Below are positions 26,296 to 32,000 of a stretch of 32,000 nt of DNA, piece after piece (positions within the stretch are counted from its first letter, which is position 1; each line of letters opens with the position of its first letter). The stretch lies in contig OY780959.1 of NCBI GenBank assembly GCA_963675915.1, positions 150,001-182,000 of the forward strand. The letters are read 5' to 3'. The DNA comes from Coprobacillaceae bacterium (lineage in GTDB: Bacteria > Bacillota_I > Bacilli_A > Erysipelotrichales > Coprobacillaceae). The notes beneath the pieces are model-generated. The model saw only the letters and a program-made list of their open reading frames with translations. It ran no database searches and was not told where the DNA came from. A program made the translations under genes and the position numbers.

Positions 26296-26664
26296 ATGGA
26301 ATATCTAAATATGAAACTGCTATCTATTATTTCTAAGCCATTCGCCCGTAATGAAGATATTGAGTTGTTAATGAATTGTTCCAAGGCTTCTGCACAAAAA
26401 GTACGTAAAGAAATTGAAGAAGAAATACTTAATGATGGAATGAAATTAACCCCTGTTTTAAGAGCTGTTCCAATGAGTAGAGTCATCGGTTATCTTCAAA
26501 TTGATGTGTCTCGGATTGCTAGGTTAGCAAAGATTGAAGCTGAAATCCAGTGCACTCTAGCAAAAGAAAAAGCCACCGTTGGCGCGGTGACTGAGTGCAA
26601 ATCGTCTACTGATTTACCAAGTAATTATAACATAGTTACTGACGGTAAATCAAATTCTCATTAA
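26296..26664 (+). CDS. Hypothetical small protein, first gene of the rightward operon (Cro/Xis-like position)
   Basis: The track ORF 26275..26664 is trimmed to ATG 26296, which lies 7 nt after AAGGAGG. I recognise no catalytic motif. Confidence 0.55.
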   Translation: MEYLNMKLLSIISKPFARNEDIELLMNCSKASAQKVRKEIEEEILNDGMKLTPVLRAVPMSRVIGYLQIDVSRIARLAKIEAEIQCTLAKEKATVGAVTECKSSTDLPSNYNIVTDGKSNSH

Positions 26665-26732
26665 TGATCTTGCTTTTTCGTGAGAAAAATCAGCTTTAAT
26701 TGCTGATGAGTTCAAAAAAGGAGGAAAATAGT

Positions 26733-27299
26733 ATGGAAAATACAAGAACTTTAATAAGAATGATTAGCAAAAATAACGAGGGATATGTTGAGTATTCCCC
26801 GTTTGTAAAAAGAACTCTAATGTATTGCATTGCAAAATTATATGAAAGTGGTAGCCCAAAACGGATTAATCAAAAAGCGTCATGTGTTTATGAAGTGTTT
26901 AACGCTCTGGTGTGGGAGGAAGCTTACTTCATTGATAATGATGAATTTGCTCGACTGGAAATTCCAAAGGACCATTTCTTCATGGTCTATGAAAAATTCG
27001 AACATTACTTTGGAATAAAAAGTGGTTCTATTAAGGATAATCTTGACGTACTCGAACAGATCGGTTGGATTAACCGTGAATATGAACGTTTTTACTACGA
27101 TGGTTTTCCCTTGACTCGAATATGGTTCCAGATTAATCACGAAAAGATTAAACTTGATATGGCGGAATATTCAATTTTTGAATCCTTGTATCCTGATATT
27201 GCAAACTTAAAACCTGAAGACTGCATGGCTTTTGGAGAGAGGTACAACTATCAGAAAACGAAACTAGACGATGAAGTCAAGGAGGATGTAGAAGGATGA
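26733..27299 (+). CDS. Hypothetical protein (possible winged-helix / replication-organiser-like)
   Basis: The track ORF 26700..27299 is trimmed to ATG 26733 after AAGGAGG. The function is not recognisable from the sequence. Confidence 0.5.
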   Translation: MENTRTLIRMISKNNEGYVEYSPFVKRTLMYCIAKLYESGSPKRINQKASCVYEVFNALVWEEAYFIDNDEFARLEIPKDHFFMVYEKFEHYFGIKSGSIKDNLDVLEQIGWINREYERFYYDGFPLTRIWFQINHEKIKLDMAEYSIFESLYPDIANLKPEDCMAFGERYNYQKTKLDDEVKEDVEG

Positions 27300-27559
27300 G
27301 AGAAAACGAAATAGTTTCATCACATCAAAGAACGCTTGAAGACCTAAATAGTTCATTGGAACTGGAAGTATTATCAAGATCTAAAGCCATTCGGGCCTAC
27401 TGCATTGAATGCAGCGGAGGTCAGCCTAGTGAGGTGCGATATTGCACTTGCTGGGATTGCCAGTTGTTCCCTTATAGGTTTGGGAAGAAGATGAGCAAGC
27501 AAACGGTTTGTAAAGGTGATGTTATCTCGCCCAAAAAAGAAGGATCTGGGGGACTCTAG
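27296..27559 (+). CDS. Small zinc-ribbon protein preceding the primase
   Basis: There is an ATGA overlap with the upstream gene. The Cys pattern is CIECSGG....VRYCTCWDCQLFPYRFGKK (CxxC...CxCxxC), a motif commonly seen just upstream of primases in mobile elements. Confidence 0.55.
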   Translation: MRENEIVSSHQRTLEDLNSSLELEVLSRSKAIRAYCIECSGGQPSEVRYCTCWDCQLFPYRFGKKMSKQTVCKGDVISPKKEGSGGL

Positions 27560-27561
27560 CT

Positions 27562-29955
27562 ATGCAATATCTAAAAGAAATGAAGATTTGGATTTGTTGG
27601 AGCTTGGAAAACAGAGACGGAAAATTATCCAAAATTCCGTATGATACAAAAGATCGTAATGTAGGAACCAGCGAGGATTATTCTTCTCGCTGGGTTACCT
27701 ATGATGAGGCGATAGCCGCAGTTCGTAAAAAGGGTTTTGATGGGGTTGGTTTTGTCATCCCTGCTGGATATGCTGTTATAGATCTGGATCATGTAGATCT
27801 TGAAGGCGATCTAGCAATAGGAATCTCAAAATTGATGGACACATATGAGGAGGTTTCACCTAGTGGTGAAGGAGAACATCTCGTGTTCAAGGTTGATATT
27901 TCAAAGATTCCTGTTAAAGACGGAAAACTGCATCCCGACTACTACTGCAAGAATCAACAGATTAACGTAGAACTATACATTGGCGGACTGACAAACAGAT
28001 ATATGACCTTCACCGGTAATGTAATCACTGATAATGATGGTAATCCAATAACAGATTTGCCAGTCGAGGATCGAACTGAGGAAGTCCTTGAGTTCCTTGA
28101 AAAATATATGAAGAAGTCTGACTTCAATCCTGTACATATGAAGGAGAACCATAATTTATATGAAAATGTGGTTTCAGTTTCTTCTAGTGGCCTATCAGAT
28201 AATGAGGTCATCAAGATCGCCCGAAGTGCTGCTAACAGTGATAAATTTATTTCACTGTTCTACGATGGCGATATATCCACCTATGAGAGTCAATCGGAAG
28301 CTGAAATGGCTCTGTGCGATATTTTAGCTTATTATTCTGGAGGAAATGAAGAGCAAATAGCCAGATTGATGATGAAGTCTGCGTTATACCGGGAGAAGTG
28401 GGAGCGCGACGATTATCGCAACGAGACTATAAAGAAAGCAGTCGCATTTTGCGATGGTAATTTTTATAGTGGAAGCCTGTTGTTGCCGGATTACATTCAT
28501 GTCATCGAGAGTGGGAAATCTGTCAAAGTAAAGGTTAATCGTTCCTTGCTGGCTAATCACATTCTTGAGAATCTCAATTACCTCAATGTGCGTGACAAGG
28601 GGAGAGGTAGCAGTAATTGGTTTGTGTATGAGAATGGAGTATATATTCAGCACTCTGATGATCTCTTCAAAGGGGTCATCTGTAAATACATTACTGACTA
28701 CGACGAAAGCATCCTGAAAATGTCTGATGTGAATGAAGTTTTCAACTTGCTCACTTTGAAATCTAAGTCCACTAATATTGAGGAATTAAACAGTGATGAA
28801 GATATTGTTAACTTCAGCAATGGAATTCTCCGGCTTTCTGATATGACCCTCCACTCTCATGATCCTGATTTGATGAGTACGATTCAGATACCATGTGAAT
28901 GGAGTAGGGATGATGTTCCCACTCCTCATTTCGATAGATATATGAGCGAACTTACAAGCGGGGACAAAGCTGTTGAAAAATTGCTTCTTGAATACATGGG
29001 AGCCTGTCTGTCTAACGTTAAAGGATTTCGTTTTAAGAAGTCCCTCTTTCTGGTCGGAAAGGGTGATACCGGAAAATCACAGTTTATTAAACTGTTGGAA
29101 ATGATGTTGGGAAAGGGTAATTATGTTGCAATTGATTTAAGCGATCTTGAAGTCAGGTTTGGTACCAGCAATCTATATAACCGTAGACTGGCAGGGAGCT
29201 CGGATATGGGTTTTTTATCCATAAAGGAACTTCGTATCTTCAAGCAGTGCACTGGCGGGGACAGTATCTTTGCTGAATTTAAAGGTAGGGATGGATTTGA
29301 ATTCATTTACGGAGGCATGTTCTGTTTTTGTATGAATCGCTTTCCAAAGTTTGGAGGAGATAATGGTCAGTGGGTATATGACCGGATAATTCCTGTCAAA
29401 TGTGAAAACGTAATCCCTAAGGATAAGCAAGACAAGAAGTTGCTGGAAAAGCTGTATTCTGAACGTGCTGGTATTGCCCACAAAGCTATTATGGCTTTTA
29501 CCCGAGCTATTGCTAATGGTTACAATTTCACAGAGCCACAATCAGTTATTGATGCCCGTAACAAGTATATGTGCGAAAACAATACGGTGATCTCTTTCTT
29601 TAATGATTGCATGGTGCCTATTTCAGGTGAAGCTGTTGTACATGGTTATGACACTAGGCTAACTGTCACGAACGTTTATAAGGCATATAAGGCATGGTGC
29701 GATGACAATAATCATGGTCATGCTAAAAATTACAGGGAATTCTGTGATGATATTTCTAATTACCTGGGCAGAAGCTGGTCAGACATTACAGTTCACCAGA
29801 ATAAAGGGACTTTCTTTAGGGATTATACTCTATCCGAAGAGGTGCGTTCGGATTATTTATTCAAGCGCGGCACCGCTAATTATCAATCAAAAGAACCAGG
29901 GGATGATGTGAATCCATATGGGATCCGTATTCGAAATAGAAGCAGACGGAATTAA
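27562..29955 (+). CDS. Bifunctional primase-polymerase / D5-N / SF3 helicase replication protein (phage/plasmid primase, P4 family)
   Basis: 797 aa. The N-terminal prim-pol-like region is KIPYD...GFDGVGFVIPAGYAVIDLDHV...SPSGEGEHLVF. The central region is D5-N-like. The C-terminal part carries Walker A LVGKGDTGKSQF and a P4-type primase C-terminal domain. Confidence 0.88.
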   Translation: MQYLKEMKIWICWSLENRDGKLSKIPYDTKDRNVGTSEDYSSRWVTYDEAIAAVRKKGFDGVGFVIPAGYAVIDLDHVDLEGDLAIGISKLMDTYEEVSPSGEGEHLVFKVDISKIPVKDGKLHPDYYCKNQQINVELYIGGLTNRYMTFTGNVITDNDGNPITDLPVEDRTEEVLEFLEKYMKKSDFNPVHMKENHNLYENVVSVSSSGLSDNEVIKIARSAANSDKFISLFYDGDISTYESQSEAEMALCDILAYYSGGNEEQIARLMMKSALYREKWERDDYRNETIKKAVAFCDGNFYSGSLLLPDYIHVIESGKSVKVKVNRSLLANHILENLNYLNVRDKGRGSSNWFVYENGVYIQHSDDLFKGVICKYITDYDESILKMSDVNEVFNLLTLKSKSTNIEELNSDEDIVNFSNGILRLSDMTLHSHDPDLMSTIQIPCEWSRDDVPTPHFDRYMSELTSGDKAVEKLLLEYMGACLSNVKGFRFKKSLFLVGKGDTGKSQFIKLLEMMLGKGNYVAIDLSDLEVRFGTSNLYNRRLAGSSDMGFLSIKELRIFKQCTGGDSIFAEFKGRDGFEFIYGGMFCFCMNRFPKFGGDNGQWVYDRIIPVKCENVIPKDKQDKKLLEKLYSERAGIAHKAIMAFTRAIANGYNFTEPQSVIDARNKYMCENNTVISFFNDCMVPISGEAVVHGYDTRLTVTNVYKAYKAWCDDNNHGHAKNYREFCDDISNYLGRSWSDITVHQNKGTFFRDYTLSEEVRSDYLFKRGTANYQSKEPGDDVNPYGIRIRNRSRRN

Positions 29956-30144
29956 AGCTATGAACCAACCAGTTAACCACTGATGATGATCTTGCCCTTA
30001 AAAAGCTACTCGAGGGATTGCTACATTCAGTGGAAGACTGGTCGGATGTTCTGTTTTGGAGTGGATATATTTGATGATCAGTCTGATAAAGGATCTTAGT
30101 TAATTATCACAGTTATTATCTTCTATTCAAAGCCAAATGATACG

Positions 30145-30388
30145 AGTGACGAAAGTGACTTATATTTCAACTCGTACGCTTAAAAAAAGTTAAAAGTGAC
30201 GAGAGTGACGATTATTCTGACTTCTGAACCAGAAAAAATCAATGAAAGTGACGAGAGTGACGGCTTTTTAAACTTCTGAGAAAATAAAGTATTAAAAGAA
30301 GATAGGAAAGCAAGTACAACCTAAACTCTTCGAAAATTTTTTTCAAAAATCAAAATTGAAATACCGTCACTCTCGTCACTCCTGTCAT
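30145..30388. repeat. Iteron array flanking an AT-rich segment: candidate replication origin of the element
   Basis: AGTGACGAAAGTGAC (30145-30159), AGTGACGAGAGTGACG (30195-30210) and AGTGACGAGAGTGACGG (30247-30263) are direct copies. CCGTCACTCTCGTCACT (30364-30380) is the exact inverted copy of the third and is followed by the degenerate unit CCTGTCAT. A ~100-bp A/T-rich stretch (30265-30360) lies between them. The array is immediately downstream of the primase-helicase gene. Confidence 0.7.
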
Positions 30389-30546
30389 CCCGAGTCTGTT
30401 CTGTAATGTAGGGGAAAAAGATCAGTGTGACAAGGAAAGCTTTTACTTGTGGTCAATCAAGCTCTCTATGTCAAAGAAATCATCAAATGGTTATGGGTTC
30501 ATAAAAGGCAGCCCGCGTTATTTAAAATAGGAAGGAGGTTTGCAAA

Positions 30547-30777
30547 ATGGATGAAGATTATGATGAAAGATTCGACTCGTTAATTCAACAGCACGATGAG
30601 GGTCTTTTCAAAGAGTTTTCTGTATTGTCGATAGAAGAAGCAGTAGATGAATATTGTGAATTTTACTGTCCCGAATGCTTTGATTGTCCAGCTGGTTGTA
30701 GCAACTACGATTGTCCACTGTTTCAGCATCGTTCGGCTTTTTACATTGATGAAATGGCAGATATGATGGATGACTGA
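30547..30777 (+). CDS. Hypothetical highly acidic, Cys-rich 76-aa protein
   Basis: RBS GGAAGGAGG precedes the ATG. The sequence is MDEDYDERFDS...EYCEFYCPECFDCPAGCSNYDCPLFQH...DEMADMMDD, with 7 Cys in a 22-residue stretch and D/E-rich termini. Confidence 0.55.
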   Translation: MDEDYDERFDSLIQQHDEGLFKEFSVLSIEEAVDEYCEFYCPECFDCPAGCSNYDCPLFQHRSAFYIDEMADMMDD

Positions 30778-30811
30778 TGGAAATGATAAAATCTACCTGT
30801 CAGGTGAGAGT

Positions 30812-30841
30812 TTGATAGGCATAAGCGGTCAAAAATATAAT
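30812..30841 (+). promoter_or_regulatory. Sigma-A-like promoter preceding a ~275-nt leader of the terS-like gene
   Basis: TTGATA (30812-30817), 18 nt, TATAAT (30836-30841). The 12-bp direct repeat ATACATATATCG occurs at 30840-30851 and again at 30890-30901. Confidence 0.45.
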
Positions 30842-31122
30842 ACATATATCGGTTGGATTAGCGGTATAATAAAATTGACTAAAATGGTCATACATATATC
30901 GCATCGGAATCAATAACATTTTCGACTTTGTACGAGCAATGATGATAAGACATGTTTTTGGGAGCAGTAAATGGTTATTGATACACACAGGTATCGTTAC
31001 TCCTGATTTATCACTTCGGCAGGTTGCAGAACTTTCCCGTTTGTTTCCCGGCGGCATATGCCTGCCATTGAACATAATACATAATTAATTGCCATGAATC
31101 ATAACGAAAGGGGGAATTTACA

Positions 31123-31539
31123 ATGAATCAATTGGCAATAGACTTACAGCTTCCTGACAAGATTAAGGGATTGTCTATCAAGCAGACAAAGTTTGTGATG
31201 GGTATTTTATGTCACGGATCTATCCAGCTGGCTGGCGAAGAAGCAGGGATAACCAGAAGCACGGCCTACAAGTGGTCAAATGATGACAAAATCAAGAAGG
31301 CATTGAATCAGTTCAGGGATGCATTTGTCCTCCAGTCTATCAACCGTAATAAGATGTTTTTGAATACGGCAGTAGACAAGGTGTTCGAAATTATGAACGA
31401 CGATAATGCATCGAAGCGTACCCAGTTAAACGCGGCCAAAACTCTAATCGAACTGTCAGAACGTCTGATTGAAAAGGCGGATATCCTGGATCGTATTGAT
31501 GAACTCGAGAAGCATTATGAGGAGGAATTCAAACAATGA
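31123..31539 (+). CDS. HTH protein resembling a phage terminase small subunit (phBC6A51/TerS-like)
   Basis: LSIKQTKFVMGILCHGSIQLAGEEAGITRSTAYKWSNDDKIKKAL matches the L(T/S)xKQxxF...AGxSxxTAYxW HTH signature of small terminase / phBC6A51-type proteins. A coiled-coil-like C-terminal region follows. RBS AAGGGGGA is present. Confidence 0.5.
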   Translation: MNQLAIDLQLPDKIKGLSIKQTKFVMGILCHGSIQLAGEEAGITRSTAYKWSNDDKIKKALNQFRDAFVLQSINRNKMFLNTAVDKVFEIMNDDNASKRTQLNAAKTLIELSERLIEKADILDRIDELEKHYEEEFKQ

Positions 31540-31823
31540 AGCGGTATACAGCCCTAAATCGAAAGCTTGACAGGATATCCAAAACAGCAATGTCATCGTA
31601 CGCTCCTAGCATGGCGTTTCTCTCGAACGATGAAGACGGGAAATATTTACTCGTGATCGGATTTTGGGATGGAGTGTATTTGTCTGGGGACAGGATGCCG
31701 GAATCTTTGAAAATGCAGTTTGATACCAAAGATAAGGCGTTAGCTTTTATGGACCAGTATCTTGAGGACAACCCGCCTCTGCCATCGTTCAAATGCCTTG
31801 ATTCGTCGGACTGGTATGAATGA
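31536..31823 (+). CDS. Hypothetical protein, translationally coupled to the terS-like gene
   Basis: There is an ATGA start/stop overlap with the upstream gene. The antisense ORF 31529..31867 lacks an RBS and has a skewed composition, so the + strand frame is preferred. Confidence 0.5.
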   Translation: MKRYTALNRKLDRISKTAMSSYAPSMAFLSNDEDGKYLLVIGFWDGVYLSGDRMPESLKMQFDTKDKALAFMDQYLEDNPPLPSFKCLDSSDWYE

Positions 31824-31839
31824 CAATATAATGAGAATT

Positions 31840-31868
31840 GCTCCTGCTTATGGCGGGAGCTTTTCATT
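31840..31868 (+). terminator. Rho-independent terminator
   Basis: An 8-bp stem GCTCCTGC / GCGGGAGC (one G-U pair) with a 5-nt loop, followed by TTTTCATTT. Confidence 0.65.
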
Positions 31869-32000
31869 TGCTTTCAGTGTCCAAGATTAAAACAGCTCTC
31901 ACTGTGCTTTAAAACATGCAGTATATAGTGGTTTTCTTGCATAAAACATCAAAGGGGTCATATAGTACCTGGATTGTTTTAAAAATATTATTTTGGCCTA

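Larger units (their letters stand above)
24078..32000. mobile_element. Integrated PICI-like (phage satellite) or similar integrative element, left part; the right end is outside the window
   Basis: Gene order: att-like tRNA fragment, int, XRE/S24 repressor, divergent promoters, small genes, prim-pol/D5/SF3 replicase, iterons plus an AT-rich origin, and a terminase-small-subunit-like HTH gene. No capsid, tail or lysis genes are seen within the window. Confidence 0.6.

Noticed and set aside
26211-26486. 91-aa minus-strand ORF in the switch region
   Set aside because: It overlaps the rightward promoter and the plus-strand gene that has a strong AAGGAGG RBS, and it has no RBS of its own.
30145-30388. 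CRISPR array
   Set aside because: The repeats are 15-17 bp and few in number. One is inverted, the spacing is irregular and AT-rich, and no cas genes are present. This fits replication iterons.
30800-31075. 91-aa minus-strand ORF
   Set aside because: It has no RBS and an implausible composition. It sits in what reads better as a plus-strand promoter and leader for the TerS-like gene.
31529-31867. 112-aa minus-strand ORF
   Set aside because: It is antisense to a plus-strand ORF that is translationally coupled (ATGA) to the upstream gene. It also spans the plus-strand terminator.

Overview
Low-GC Firmicute-type chromosomal window in three parts. (1) 1-5130: the 5' part of an SLC13-like permease (minus strand, open to the window edge), an HTH+PBP-like putative molybdate-responsive regulator, and a divergent modABC molybdate importer. 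Its ModA appears to be circularly permuted. (2) 5580-23300: a compact clostridial-style Mo-nitrogenase cluster, nifH-nifI1-nifI2-nifD-nifK-nifE-nifN::nifB-[2Fe-2S] ferredoxin-two nifV-type genes. It is followed without a terminator by an orphan PqqD-like gene. A sigma-A-like promoter then precedes an AnfO/NifX-like gene and a repeat protein with a CX4CX2CX2C tail, 41 nt upstream of sufCDSUB. No nifU, nifS, nifX, nifA or sigma-54 promoter is visible. (3) 24078-32000: the left part of an integrated element. It begins with a tRNA 3'-end-like fragment and carries a tyrosine integrase, an XRE/S24-like repressor, a divergent switch region, small genes, a prim-pol/D5/SF3 primase-helicase, an iteron/AT-rich origin and a terminase-small-subunit-like HTH gene. 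This is the layout of a phage-inducible chromosomal island (phage satellite), and it continues past the window. All calls rest on reading motifs, RBSs and repeats by eye. No database or HMM search was run.
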